Positions 9,857-19,662 are shown, counted from the stretch's first letter. The stretch is 64,000 nucleotides of DNA from Burkholderiales bacterium (GCA_038324085.1 JBBQHP010000003.1:64720-128719), one strand, 5' to 3'. Translations and numbers: made by a program. The notes: generated by a model not told the origin, from the letters alone.

Positions 9857-10693
9857 ATGGAAATCCTCCGCACGATTCCAGAGTTGCGCGCCCGCTTGAA
9901 TCGCGAATCGGCGATCGCGCTCGTCCCGACGATGGGCAATATCCACGACGGCCACCTGAGCCTGGTACGCATCGGGCTGGAGCGGGCGCCGTTCGTCGTC
10001 ACGAGCATCTTCGTCAACCGGCTCCAGTTCATCCAGGGCGAGGATTTCGACAAGTACCCGCGCACCTTCGCGGACGACTGCGAAAAACTCGAGGCCGCTG
10101 GCAATTGTGTGGTGTTCGCCCCGGACGAGGGCCAGATGTACCCTGAGCGGCAGGTTTTCATCGTGGAGCCGCCGCAGATCGCGAACAAGCTCGAAGGCCG
10201 GTTTCGTCCCGGTCATTTCCGCGGCGTTGCTACGGTCGTGTTGAAATTGTTCAACATGGTCCAACCCCAGGTGGCCGTGTTCGGAAAGAAGGATTATCAG
10301 CAGCTCTCGATCATCCGGCACATGGCCGACCAGCTTGCGCTGCCGCTGTCGATCATCCCGGCCGAAACCGTCCGCGCGCCGGACGGCCTGGCCCTGTCGT
10401 CCCGCAATCGCTACCTGAGCGCCGAGGAGCGCAATGAAGCGCCGCGGCTCAACGAAGCGCTACGTCAGGTGCAGGTCGCAGTCGAGTCCGGCGATCGCAA
10501 TTTCGAAGCGCTCGAGTTTGCCGCCGATGCGCTGTTGGCTCGCCATCGCTGGCACGTGGACTATGTCGTCGTGCGCAGTCGGCGCTCGCTCATGCAGCCG
10601 GAAGCCGACGAGCGCGAACTCGTGGTGCTCGGTGCCGCCAAGCTCGGCCAGACGCGACTGATCGACAACCTCGAAATCACGTCGCCGGCATGA
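9857..10693 (+). CDS. panC: pantoate--beta-alanine ligase
   Basis: 278-aa ORF containing LVPTMGNIHDGHLSLV, FVNRLQF, FRPGHFRGVATVV and VFGKKDYQQL. Confidence 0.95.
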   Translation: MEILRTIPELRARLNRESAIALVPTMGNIHDGHLSLVRIGLERAPFVVTSIFVNRLQFIQGEDFDKYPRTFADDCEKLEAAGNCVVFAPDEGQMYPERQVFIVEPPQIANKLEGRFRPGHFRGVATVVLKLFNMVQPQVAVFGKKDYQQLSIIRHMADQLALPLSIIPAETVRAPDGLALSSRNRYLSAEERNEAPRLNEALRQVQVAVESGDRNFEALEFAADALLARHRWHVDYVVVRSRRSLMQPEADERELVVLGAAKLGQTRLIDNLEITSPA

Positions 10694-11709
10694 CCCGCGC
10701 GGCACCGTTTCCGTTCTCCGCCATCGTCGGCCAGGACGAGATGAAGCTCGCGCTGTTGATCGCGGCGGTCGATCAGAGCGTGGGCGGGGTGCTGGTATTC
10801 GGTGATCGCGGCACCGGCAAGTCGACTGCGGTGAGGGCGCTGGCCGCCCTGCTGCCACCGATGCGTGCCGTGGTCGGATGCCCGTATGGTTGCGATCCGG
10901 AAAGAACGGCTGGATTGTGCGACGCGTGTCGTGACGGCAAGCCCAGGAGTGCAATGGTGCCGGTCCCGGTGATCGATCTGCCGCTCGGTGCCACCGAGGA
11001 TCGGGTGGTCGGCGCGCTCGACCTCGAGCGTGCGCTGACTCAGGGGGTGAAGGCGTTCGAACCGGGGCTGCTCGCGCGGGCGCACCGCGGATTCCTCTAT
11101 ATCGACGAGGCGAATCTGCTCGAGGATCACCTGGTCGATCTGCTGCTCGACGTGGCGGCATCAGGCGAGAACGTGGTCGAACGTGAAGGCCTCTCGGTGC
11201 GCCACCCCGCCCGTTTCGTGCTGATCGGCAGCGGCAACCCGGAAGAAGGCGAACTGCGTCCCCAATTGCTCGATCGTTTCGGTCTTTCCCTCGAGGTGAA
11301 GACTCCGGACGATCTCAAGCTGCGCGTGGAAGTCGTCCGTCGTCGCGATGCCTACGAACGTGATCCGGCAGCGTTCTGCTCGAAGTGGAAGAACGAAGAG
11401 GCGAAGGTGCGTCGCCGTCTGGTCGCAGCGCGCGAGCGCCTGGCTGCAATCGAGGTACCCGATAGCGCGCTCGAGCGCGCAGCCGAGCTGTGCATTCGAC
11501 TCGGCACCGATGGTTTGCGTGGCGAGCTCACCTTGATGCGCGCTGCGCGCGCACTCGCCGCGCTCGATGGCGACGCTGCTGTCGGTGACGCACACCTCAA
11601 GCGCGTGGCGCCGCCGGCGTTGCGACATCGTCTGCGTCGCAATCCGCTCGACGATGCCGGATCCACCATGCGTGTCGAGCGCGCGATCGCGGACCTGTTC
11701 GGCGCGTGA
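10690..11709 (+). CDS. bchI: magnesium chelatase ATPase subunit I
   Basis: 339-aa ORF with the canonical N-terminus PFPFSAIVGQDEMKLALL and Walker A GDRGTGKST. The ATG overlaps the panC TGA (ATGA). Confidence 0.95.
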   Translation: MTRAAPFPFSAIVGQDEMKLALLIAAVDQSVGGVLVFGDRGTGKSTAVRALAALLPPMRAVVGCPYGCDPERTAGLCDACRDGKPRSAMVPVPVIDLPLGATEDRVVGALDLERALTQGVKAFEPGLLARAHRGFLYIDEANLLEDHLVDLLLDVAASGENVVEREGLSVRHPARFVLIGSGNPEEGELRPQLLDRFGLSLEVKTPDDLKLRVEVVRRRDAYERDPAAFCSKWKNEEAKVRRRLVAARERLAAIEVPDSALERAAELCIRLGTDGLRGELTLMRAARALAALDGDAAVGDAHLKRVAPPALRHRLRRNPLDDAGSTMRVERAIADLFGA

Positions 11710-13481
11710 ACGCGCGCGGCAACGGCGAGGGCAGCGTCTGGGCCGACGCGGTGCTCGCCGGCTTGCTCGTCTCGATCGATCCAGCCGGTCTTGGCGGCGT
11801 GGCGCTCCGAGCCCGTGTCGGCCCCGTGCGCGAGCGCTGGCTCGCGACGTGGCGTGCGCGGCTTGCGCGCGATGTGCCTGTCAGACCGGTTCCGTTGCAT
11901 GTCCCGGACGGGCGCCTGCTGGGCGGTCTCGATCTGACTACAACCTTGCGCGCAGGACGCCCTGTTGCCGAGCGCGGCATCCTGTCCGAGGCGAACGGCG
12001 GCTACATCGTGCTCGCCATGGCCGAGCGCCTCACCGGCGCCGTTGTCGCAAGAGTGACGGCAGCGCTCGATTGCGGCGAAGTCGTGATCCAGCGCGATGG
12101 GCTGGCGCTGCGGTTGCCGGCGGCATTCGGCGTGATCGCGCTGGACGAGGGCGCAGAGCCGGACGAGCGGCCGCCCGGTGGACTCCTCGATCGACTGGCG
12201 TTCCACGTCGATCTCGAAGGCGTGAGCGTGGGCGACCTGGGGGCGACGAACGAGGATCCGATCGAGATCACGATGGTGCGCGCTCGACTGAAGGACGTGC
12301 GGATCGACGACAACGTGCTCGAGGCCTTGACTGCCACGGCCATGACACTCGGCATCGCGTCACTGCGCGCCGTTTCGCTGGCCGCGCGCGCCGCAACCGC
12401 GTTGGCTGCCTTGAATGGTCGCGCCCGGGCTGACGAGCACGATGCCGCGACTGCGGCCCGACTCGTGTTTGCCGCCCGGGCGACACGCCTGCCCGCGCCG
12501 CCTCTGGAAGATGAACCGAACGATGAGCACCCGGAGGAATCCGAATTCGACTCCGCGGGGGATGATCCGGAAGACGAATCCCGGGACACCGACAGGCCGC
12601 TGGAGGACATCGTGCTCGCCGCCGCGCAGGCTGCCATTCCCGTTGCCTTGCTCGCACAGCTCGGGCGTCGCGACGGGGCGACCGGGCAGAGCCGTGCCGG
12701 GGGGCGGGCCGGTGCGATGCAGAAGGCGCGGCGCCGCGGCCGGCCGGCCGGTACGCTGCGGGGTGAACCGCGCGGTGGTGCGCGTCTCGACCTGGTGGAG
12801 ACCTTGCGTAGCGCTGCCCCATGGCAAGGATTGCGGCGCCGTGAAGCCGGTCGGGAAACGGTATTCGCGCGCATCGACGTTCGGCCCGAAGACTTCCGCG
12901 TTACCCGCTTCAAGCAGCGGGCGCAAACCACGACGATCTTCGTCGTTGATGCTTCCGGGTCGTCCGCCCTGAATCGGTTGGCGGAAGCGAAAGGCGCGGT
13001 CGAATTGCTGCTCGCCGAGTGCTATGTCCGGCGCGACCAGGTAGCGCTGATCGCGTTTCGCGGCCCGGGTGCGGAGCTGTTGTTGCCGCCGACGCGCTCG
13101 CTCGTGCGCGCGAAACGCAGCCTCGCCGCGCTACCGGGCGGTGGCGGCACGCCGCTCGCAGCCGGGATCGATGCGGCGGTGGCCCTGGCCGATCTGGTGC
13201 GTCGCCGCGGCGACACGCCCACCGTGCTCGTCTTCACCGACGGGCGCGCGAACGTCGCTCGGGGCGGCAAGCCGGGACGGGCTGACGCCGAAAGCGATGC
13301 GCTCGGTGCGGCACGCCAATTGCGCCTTGCAGGTTTGTCCGCGGTCCTGCTCGACACTTCACCGCGCCCTCACCCGGAGGCGGAAAGACTGGCACGCGAG
13401 ATGGGTGCCCGCTATATGCCGCTGCCACGGGCGGATGCGGCGACCCTTTCGGTCGCGATCCGCACTTCGGTCGGCGAATAG
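11706..13481 (+). CDS. bchD: magnesium chelatase subunit D
   Basis: 591-aa ORF with a degenerate AAA+ N-domain, an acidic Pro-rich linker (EDEPNDEHPEESEFDSAGDDPEDE) and a C-terminal vWA domain with MIDAS DASGSS. GTGA overlap with bchI. Confidence 0.9.
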   Translation: MNARGNGEGSVWADAVLAGLLVSIDPAGLGGVALRARVGPVRERWLATWRARLARDVPVRPVPLHVPDGRLLGGLDLTTTLRAGRPVAERGILSEANGGYIVLAMAERLTGAVVARVTAALDCGEVVIQRDGLALRLPAAFGVIALDEGAEPDERPPGGLLDRLAFHVDLEGVSVGDLGATNEDPIEITMVRARLKDVRIDDNVLEALTATAMTLGIASLRAVSLAARAATALAALNGRARADEHDAATAARLVFAARATRLPAPPLEDEPNDEHPEESEFDSAGDDPEDESRDTDRPLEDIVLAAAQAAIPVALLAQLGRRDGATGQSRAGGRAGAMQKARRRGRPAGTLRGEPRGGARLDLVETLRSAAPWQGLRRREAGRETVFARIDVRPEDFRVTRFKQRAQTTTIFVVDASGSSALNRLAEAKGAVELLLAECYVRRDQVALIAFRGPGAELLLPPTRSLVRAKRSLAALPGGGGTPLAAGIDAAVALADLVRRRGDTPTVLVFTDGRANVARGGKPGRADAESDALGAARQLRLAGLSAVLLDTSPRPHPEAERLAREMGARYMPLPRADAATLSVAIRTSVGE

Positions 13482-13494
13482 CAGGGGCTCCCTC

Positions 13495-14388
13495 GTGCCG
13501 GAGGGCTTGCGCTGGGATCTCGAAGGTCGCGACTGGCCCAATCGTGCGGCCAGTCGTTTCGTGCATGCGGGCGGCCTGCGCTGGCACGTTCAGGTAGCCG
13601 GCACCGGCCCCGGAATCCTGCTGGTGCATGGAACCGGCGCTGCATCCCATTCGTGGCGAGCCGTTCTGCCGCTGCTCCAGCGACGTTTCACGGTCGTGGT
13701 GCCGGATCTGCCAGGACATGGATTCACCGAGGCACCGCCTGCTGCGCGCCTGTCGATGCCCGGCATGGCCGAGGCCCTGCATGCGTTGCTGCAGACCTTG
13801 CGTATCAGTCCGGTCGTGGCTGTCGGAAACTCCGCGGGTGCAGCCATTGCTGCGCGCATGAGCCTCGACGGGCAATTGGCGCTCGCCGGATTGGTGAGTG
13901 TGAACGGGGCGTTGCTGCCGTTGCGCGGCCTGCCCGGGCATCTGTTCTCGCCGATGGCGCGATTGCTGGCCGCAAGCTCGCTGGTGCCGCGCCTGTTCGC
14001 GTGGCGCGCGGCCGATCGCGTGGTCGTCGAGCGCCTGGTACGGGGCACGGGGTCGACTCTCGATGCGGTCGGGATCGAACTCTATGGGCGACTGATCCGC
14101 AATCCCGCGCACGCGGCGGCCACGCTCGACATGATGGCGCACTGGGACCTGCGGCCGCTGGAACGTGACTTGCCCCGGTTGCAGCCGAAGTTGATGCTGG
14201 TCGTGGGCACCAATGACCTCACCGTGCCGCCCGCGGAAGCGCGACGGGTGCAACAACTCCTGCCGGCAGCCACACTGGTCCCGCTGGCCGGCGCCGGGCA
14301 CCTGGCGCACGAGGAGCGACCGCGCGAGGTGGCCGAACTGATCGCCGATCTGGCGGACACTGCGGAGGTGCCGACGACTTCCGCGTGA
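13495..14388 (+). CDS. bchO: alpha/beta-hydrolase, magnesium-chelatase accessory protein BchO
   Basis: C-terminal 297 aa of ORF 13069..14388. GTG 13495 lies just after the bchD stop. Contains LLVHGTGAASHSW and the nucleophile elbow GNSAGA. It sits in the position after bchID that is typical of bchO. Confidence 0.8.
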   Translation: MPEGLRWDLEGRDWPNRAASRFVHAGGLRWHVQVAGTGPGILLVHGTGAASHSWRAVLPLLQRRFTVVVPDLPGHGFTEAPPAARLSMPGMAEALHALLQTLRISPVVAVGNSAGAAIAARMSLDGQLALAGLVSVNGALLPLRGLPGHLFSPMARLLAASSLVPRLFAWRAADRVVVERLVRGTGSTLDAVGIELYGRLIRNPAHAAATLDMMAHWDLRPLERDLPRLQPKLMLVVGTNDLTVPPAEARRVQQLLPAATLVPLAGAGHLAHEERPREVAELIADLADTAEVPTTSA

Positions 14389-14418
14389 ACGACGAAGGCT
14401 GGTACACTTCGTCCAGTC

Positions 14419-15951
14419 ATGTTGACAATCGATGTGTCGTGTAATGCTGTCACTTCCCCTCGCCCGCGCAAACCGCATGCGGTCGTGATCGGCAGTGGGT
14501 TCGGTGGACTGGCCGCGGCAGTGCGCCTGGGAGCGCGGGGCTATCGCGTGACGGTGCTGGAAAAACTCGACGCGCCGGGCGGTCGGGCCTACGTGTATCG
14601 CCAGGATGGCTTCACCTTCGATGCCGGCCCGACCATCGTCACCGCCCCGTTTCTGCTCGAAGAGCTCTGGGCCTTGTGCGGCAAGCGCCTGGCCGACGAC
14701 GTCGAGTTGCGGCCGGTCACGCCGTTCTATCGCATCCGCTTCCACGATGGCGCGGTGTTCGACTATTCCGGCAATCCTGCTGCCATGCGCGCCGAAGTCG
14801 CCCGGTTCTCTGAGGCCGATGTCGCGGGGTACGAGAGATTCATGAAGGCGAGCGAAGAGACCTACCGCATCGGCTTCGAACAACTCGGGCACGTGCCCTT
14901 CGGCTCGTGGATCGACATGCTGAAGGTGCTGCCGGACTTGATGCGCCTGGAAGGTTTTCGCACGGTCTACGGCATGGTGGCGAAGCACATCCGCGACGAA
15001 CGGTTGCGCACGGTGCTCAGTTTCCATCCGCTGCTGGTCGGGGGCAATCCGTTCACCACGACATCGGTCTACAGCCTGATCGCGTATCTCGAGCGCCGCT
15101 GGGGCGTGCATTTCGCGATGGGTGGCACCGGCCAGTTGGTGCGAGGACTGGTCGGTCTCATCGCCGGGCAGGGCGGCACGCTGCGCTGCGACAGCGAAGT
15201 CACCAGAATCACCGTCAAGGACCGGACCGCCACCGGGGTGACCCTCGCCTCCGGAGAGCACATTCCCGCGGACATCGTCGTTTCGAACGCCGATCCGGCG
15301 TGGACCTATCGCTACCTGCTCGCGGCGGAAGAACGGCACCGCTGGACCGATCAGCGCATCGAACGCGCGCGCTATTCCATGAGCTTGTTCGTGTGGTACT
15401 TCGGCACGAAGCGCCGCTATCCGGATGTTCCCCACCACACGATCCTGCTGGGGCCGCGGTATCGCGAGCTCCTGAGTGACATCTTCGAGCGGAAGCTGCT
15501 CGCCGAGGACTTCAGCCTGTATCTGCACCGGCCCACAGCGACCGACCCTTCGCTCGCGCCCGAAGGCTGCGATGCGTTCTACGTGCTCTCCCCGGTGCCG
15601 CACCTGGACAGCGGTACTGATTGGGAAGCCACGGCGGAAGCATACCGCCAGAAGCTTTCGCGCTACCTGAGCGAGACGCTGTTGCCCGACCTCGAAGCCA
15701 ATGTCGTGACTTCCCGCGTGCTCACGCCGCAGGACTTCCAGGACCGGCTGCTTTCCTATCGCGGCGCGGCATTCGGCATGGAACCCGTGCTCACACAGAG
15801 CGCGTGGTTCCGTCCGCACAATCGCAGCGAGGACGTGGAGCGCCTGTACCTCGTGGGCGCCGGCACGCATCCGGGAGCGGGGCTGCCCGGTGTCATTTCC
15901 TCCGCCCGCATACTCGATACGGTGGTGCCCGATGCAACAGTCTTCGCCTGA
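14419..15951 (+). CDS. crtI: phytoene desaturase
   Basis: 510-aa ORF with FAD fold VVIGSGFGGLAAAVRL and FDAGPTIVTAP, and the C-terminal motif LYLVGAGTHPGAGLPGV. Confidence 0.9.
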   Translation: MLTIDVSCNAVTSPRPRKPHAVVIGSGFGGLAAAVRLGARGYRVTVLEKLDAPGGRAYVYRQDGFTFDAGPTIVTAPFLLEELWALCGKRLADDVELRPVTPFYRIRFHDGAVFDYSGNPAAMRAEVARFSEADVAGYERFMKASEETYRIGFEQLGHVPFGSWIDMLKVLPDLMRLEGFRTVYGMVAKHIRDERLRTVLSFHPLLVGGNPFTTTSVYSLIAYLERRWGVHFAMGGTGQLVRGLVGLIAGQGGTLRCDSEVTRITVKDRTATGVTLASGEHIPADIVVSNADPAWTYRYLLAAEERHRWTDQRIERARYSMSLFVWYFGTKRRYPDVPHHTILLGPRYRELLSDIFERKLLAEDFSLYLHRPTATDPSLAPEGCDAFYVLSPVPHLDSGTDWEATAEAYRQKLSRYLSETLLPDLEANVVTSRVLTPQDFQDRLLSYRGAAFGMEPVLTQSAWFRPHNRSEDVERLYLVGAGTHPGAGLPGVISSARILDTVVPDATVFA

Positions 15952-16984
15952 GCGCGCTTCGGATCTCGCCGCGTGCGGCGCGTTGCTGCGGAATGGATCG
16001 CGCACGTTCTTCACAGCCTCGCTGCTGCTGCCCAGACGGGTGCGCGAACCGGCCAGCGCGCTGTACGCTTTCTGCCGGCTCGCCGACGACGCGGTGGATC
16101 AGGGCGATGGCGGACCGAGGGCGCTTCGCCAACTGCGCGAACGCCTTGCTCGCGTCTACGAGGGCCGACCTTTGCCGATCGCAGCCGATCGCGCGCTCGC
16201 CGAAGTCGTGGCGCGGTTCGCAATCCCGCGCGCGTTGCCCGAGGCACTGCTGGAAGGTTTCGAATGGGATGCCGCCGGTCGCCGCTACGACGATCTCGCC
16301 GGCGTCCTCGATTATTCAGCGCGCGTCGCCGGAACGGTGGGCGCGATGATGAGCGTGCTGATGGGCGCTCGCGCCCCCGACGTGCTGGCTCGCGCCTGCG
16401 ATCTCGGTGTCGCCATGCAGCTGACCAACATCGCACGCGACGTCGGCGAGGACGCGCGTGCCGGGCGCCTCTACCTTCCGCTGTCATGGTTGCGGGAAGC
16501 CGGCATCGACGACAAGGCGTGGCTCGCTTCGCCGACCTATTCCGCCGCGCTCGGGACCGTCGTGCAGCGACTGCTGGACGTGGCCGATGCGTTGTACGAA
16601 CGTGCCGGGGCCGGCATCGGCCGCTTGCCGCTCGCAGTGCGTCCGGGCATGCATGCGGCACGCTTCGTCTATGCCGAGATCGGGCGCGAAGTCGAACGAC
16701 GCGGGCTCGATTCGGTGAGCGCCCGAGCGATCGTTTCCGGGCAACGCAAGCTCCTGCTCGTTGCCCGCGCCATGGCCGAATCCGGAAGAGTGCGAAGGCC
16801 CATGCCGCAGGAGCAGCTCGACGCGACCCGTTTCCTCGTCGAAGCCGTGGCTTCCTCCGCTCCACCGCTGGAGCGCACGCGGCGGTCGTTGAATGGCTAC
16901 GGCGTCTGGGTCGTCGAACTGTTCACCCGGCTCGAACACGTCGACCGCCACCATGGCCTTCAGCGCCAGGATGGCGTCGGTTAG
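15932..16984 (+). CDS. crtB: phytoene synthase
   Basis: ATG 15932 within ORF 15890..16984. Asp-rich motifs FCRLADDAVD and ARDVGEDARAGRLYLP are present. It overlaps the crtI end by 20 nt. Confidence 0.9.
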   Translation: MQQSSPERASDLAACGALLRNGSRTFFTASLLLPRRVREPASALYAFCRLADDAVDQGDGGPRALRQLRERLARVYEGRPLPIAADRALAEVVARFAIPRALPEALLEGFEWDAAGRRYDDLAGVLDYSARVAGTVGAMMSVLMGARAPDVLARACDLGVAMQLTNIARDVGEDARAGRLYLPLSWLREAGIDDKAWLASPTYSAALGTVVQRLLDVADALYERAGAGIGRLPLAVRPGMHAARFVYAEIGREVERRGLDSVSARAIVSGQRKLLLVARAMAESGRVRRPMPQEQLDATRFLVEAVASSAPPLERTRRSLNGYGVWVVELFTRLEHVDRHHGLQRQDGVG

Positions 16985-16990
16985 CCGCCG

Positions 16991-17134
16991 GTGTCGGGCA
17001 ACGTTCTGTTCCTGCTGGAGTTGTTGTCCGGTTCGGGAATCGTGCTCGGCATCGCGATCTGGGAACTGATCAGTCTGAAGCGTGATCGCCGGCGGCGGGA
17101 GCAGGACGAGCGCGGCGTTGGCGATCAGCGCTAG
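16991..17134 (+). CDS. candidate 47-aa single-TM protein (below the ORF-track size cutoff)
   Basis: Hand translation from GTG 16991 gives VSGNVLFLLELLSGSGIVLGIAIWELISLKRDRRRREQDERGVGDQR. This is a hydrophobic helix followed by a basic cluster. Third-position GC is about 81% (38/47 by hand). Its TAG shares the CTAG at 17131..17134 with the crtC stop. No convincing SD. Confidence 0.3.
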   Translation: MSGNVLFLLELLSGSGIVLGIAIWELISLKRDRRRREQDERGVGDQR

Positions 17135-18081
17135 CGGGATGCTCGGGCCCGTCGCGGCATCCGGAACGGCAGCAGCATGCGCACCCATCCCGAGCGGAAA
17201 CGATCGAGCGACAGACTCTCGTGCATTGCGGTGACCGGCCGCTCGAGCAGGCAAGTCCGGACCATCGAGCGAGCGTAGAACGGCGTGTCCTCCAGCGTTC
17301 GCAAGACTTCCGGCCGTTGCGGGCCGTCGGCGCGCGTGGAGCGTTCCACGCGCCATATGGCACCGGGCTTGAGCTGCGCGCGTGGTGGCGGCACGAATTC
17401 CTCGACCGCACCGGCGGGGGTACACCGCAAGGCCAGCGAGAACTCCTCGCCATCCCGCCGCATGACGTCATAGAGCACCACGGTCGCTTCCGGCAGCGCG
17501 GCGCGCGACCAGTCCCAGCGCACGAAGTCGCGCTCGAGCGGCGCGTCACCGGCGTTCGAATCGAGATAGCCGGGCCCGGTCCAGCGCAGGCCTGGGCGAT
17601 CGAGCATCACCTCCACACGCGAACACGGTGCGAGCGGCGACCAGCGTTGTCGACCCGCGGCATCGAGCGCAAAGGTGCGACCGGTCGGCGTGGACGGATG
17701 CAGCCGCACCACGCCGCGGATCCTGGCGGGCAGCGGTGCGGTGATCTCGTCGATGCGCACGACCAGTGCGGTGCCGTCCCACGTCATGGCGCTGGGCCCG
17801 ATTTCGAGCGAGGTGGCCGTTCGGTGTAGCGCCGCGCGCGAGCGTTCGGTGAGTGCCCAGCGTTTGCCGCCGTCGCCATAGAGCGCGACGTTGAGTGCGC
17901 AGAAGTTCTCGGGATCGCCGTCACCACGGGCCCTGGCCCGCGCGTAATAGGGCGAGAACACGTTGCCGACGAAGGCGATGATCGTGAGGCCGTGGCGGCC
18001 GTCGTCGCTCATGGCGTCGATGTACCACCAAGCGTAGCCGTCGCGCGCGATCGGGCGATCGAAATCAAACCGCACGCGCAT
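17131..18081 (-). CDS. crtC: carotenoid 1,2-hydratase (hydroxyneurosporene synthase)
   Basis: ORF 17131..18195 with start set to ATG 18081: MRVRFDFDRPIARDGYAWWYIDAMSDDGRHGLTIIAFVGNVFSPYY. It overlaps the crtD end by 17 nt. Confidence 0.85.
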   Translation of the reverse strand: MRVRFDFDRPIARDGYAWWYIDAMSDDGRHGLTIIAFVGNVFSPYYARARARGDGDPENFCALNVALYGDGGKRWALTERSRAALHRTATSLEIGPSAMTWDGTALVVRIDEITAPLPARIRGVVRLHPSTPTGRTFALDAAGRQRWSPLAPCSRVEVMLDRPGLRWTGPGYLDSNAGDAPLERDFVRWDWSRAALPEATVVLYDVMRRDGEEFSLALRCTPAGAVEEFVPPPRAQLKPGAIWRVERSTRADGPQRPEVLRTLEDTPFYARSMVRTCLLERPVTAMHESLSLDRFRSGWVRMLLPFRMPRRARASR

Positions 18082-19573
18082 CCTCCAGCAGCGCCTTCGC
18101 GGCGAGACGGCCCGACAAGGCGGCCATGGGCACACCGGGACCGGGATGCACGCTGCCGCCCGCGAGATAGAGACCGGGTAGACGCGTGCGCGCATCGGCG
18201 CGCTGGAACGACGCGTTCCAGCCGTGCGATGCGCGCCCGTACAGCGCGCCGCCGGTACCGGGAAAAAGGCGCTCGAAGTCGGCCGGCGTGGTCACGACGC
18301 AATTCGTCTGCGTGCGGTCCACGTGCAGCCCGCAACGCGCGAGCACACCGAAAGCATGCTCTTCTGCGCGGCTGATCTCGTTTGCGTCGAATGCACGTAC
18401 GTCCCCGAGCGCAGGAGCATTGACGAGGCACAAAAGCCGTTCCGGCCCCGAAGTCGTCGCGATTTCGCGGTCGCCACGATCCTGCGCACAGACATAGACG
18501 GTGGGTTCGGCGGGGATCTGCCCGCGTTGGAAGATCGCTTCGAACTCGGCGGGATAGTCGCGCGAGAAGAACACGTTGTGCCGCTGCAAGGGAAAGCCCT
18601 CGGTGCGCGCAGCCACCGCCCAGGTGACGGCGGACAGCGAGCGGGCGCCGGGAGCCAGGGGGGTCGCGGCGGGCGCGATGCCGGCCCCCAGCCTTCCCGC
18701 CGCGACCGCGGCGACATCTGCGTTCACGATCACCGCGTCCGCATCGATGTGTTCCCCCGATGCCAGCCGAAGGCCTGTCGCCCGTTCGCCGTGCGTGACC
18801 ACTTCAGCGACTTCTGCCCCATAGCGGAACGTGGCGCCACGCGCCGTAGCGAGGGTCGCGAGGGCGAGCGCGATCCGGTGCATGCCCCCCTCCACGAGCC
18901 AAACGCCCTCCTGCTCGACGTGCGCGACCAGCATCAGCGTCGCCGGTGCCTGAAACGGAGACGAGCCGCAATAGGTCGCATAGCGACCGAACAGCTGCCG
19001 CAGGCGCGGATCGTGGAAGTGTTGCCCGAGCGCACGCCAGAGCGTGGTGAAGGGGCTGATCCGCCACAGGTCGCCCAGCCCCTTCATTCCGGCGGTGCGG
19101 GTCAGGCCGAGCGGGCTGGGCCGGGCCGACCGAATGAACGGGCCCTCGAGCGTCCGATAGACCGTGCGCGCCCTGGCGCTGAACTCGAGGAAGCGCCGCG
19201 CCTCGCCGGCGCCCGCGAACGCGCCGATCGCATCCGCGGAGCGCCCGAGGTCTGCGTACAGGTCGAGCCGCTCCGTCCCGCTCCACGCGTGACGTGCCAG
19301 CACCTCTGCTCGGCGCAGCTCGAGGTGATCGGATAAGACCGCGCCAGCGGTAGCGAAGATCTCGTCGAACACCCAGCGCATGGTGAGGACCGTCGGACCG
19401 GCATCGATCCTGGCTGCGGCGATCGGCGTCTCGCGCATCTTGCCGCCGGGCGCCTGCGCCTGCTCCAGCACGACGACCTCGAAACCCCGCGCCGCCAGTT
19501 CGAGCGCCGCGACGAGGCCGCCTATCCCCGCGCCGACCACCGCCACGCGACGGTTGCGCACGCCGAGCGTCAA
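18065..19573 (-). CDS. crtD: hydroxyneurosporene/methoxyneurosporene desaturase
   Basis: 502-aa ORF (TTG start) with FAD fold VAVVGAGIGGLVAALEL. It is a CrtI-family paralogue sitting next to crtC. Confidence 0.85.
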   Translation of the reverse strand: MTLGVRNRRVAVVGAGIGGLVAALELAARGFEVVVLEQAQAPGGKMRETPIAAARIDAGPTVLTMRWVFDEIFATAGAVLSDHLELRRAEVLARHAWSGTERLDLYADLGRSADAIGAFAGAGEARRFLEFSARARTVYRTLEGPFIRSARPSPLGLTRTAGMKGLGDLWRISPFTTLWRALGQHFHDPRLRQLFGRYATYCGSSPFQAPATLMLVAHVEQEGVWLVEGGMHRIALALATLATARGATFRYGAEVAEVVTHGERATGLRLASGEHIDADAVIVNADVAAVAAGRLGAGIAPAATPLAPGARSLSAVTWAVAARTEGFPLQRHNVFFSRDYPAEFEAIFQRGQIPAEPTVYVCAQDRGDREIATTSGPERLLCLVNAPALGDVRAFDANEISRAEEHAFGVLARCGLHVDRTQTNCVVTTPADFERLFPGTGGALYGRASHGWNASFQRADARTRLPGLYLAGGSVHPGPGVPMAALSGRLAAKALLEDARAV

Positions 19574-19618
19574 TCCGGCAGGACCGGGGCAAGCTTGCGT
19601 TGACGGGTCCGGGGCATG

Positions 19619-19662
19619 TGTCTATATTACATGACAGTAGTAAATGACATGTATAGATTACA
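19619..19662 (+). promoter_or_regulatory. crtD/crtE divergent control region: PpsR/CrtJ-type palindrome plus candidate crtE promoter
   Basis: Located in an AT-rich island. Perfect TGT-N12-ACA at 19619..19636. One-mismatch TGA-N12-ACA copies lie at 19632..19649 and 19645..19662 (13-nt phasing). -35 ATGACA at 19631..19636, 17 nt, then -10 TAGATT at 19654..19659. Confidence 0.6.

Noticed and set aside
13234-16014. 926-aa reverse-strand ORF spanning bchO, crtI and crtB
   Set aside because: It is an Arg/Gly/Pro-rich shadow frame opposite genes with clear motifs. Long stop-free antisense frames are expected at this GC content.
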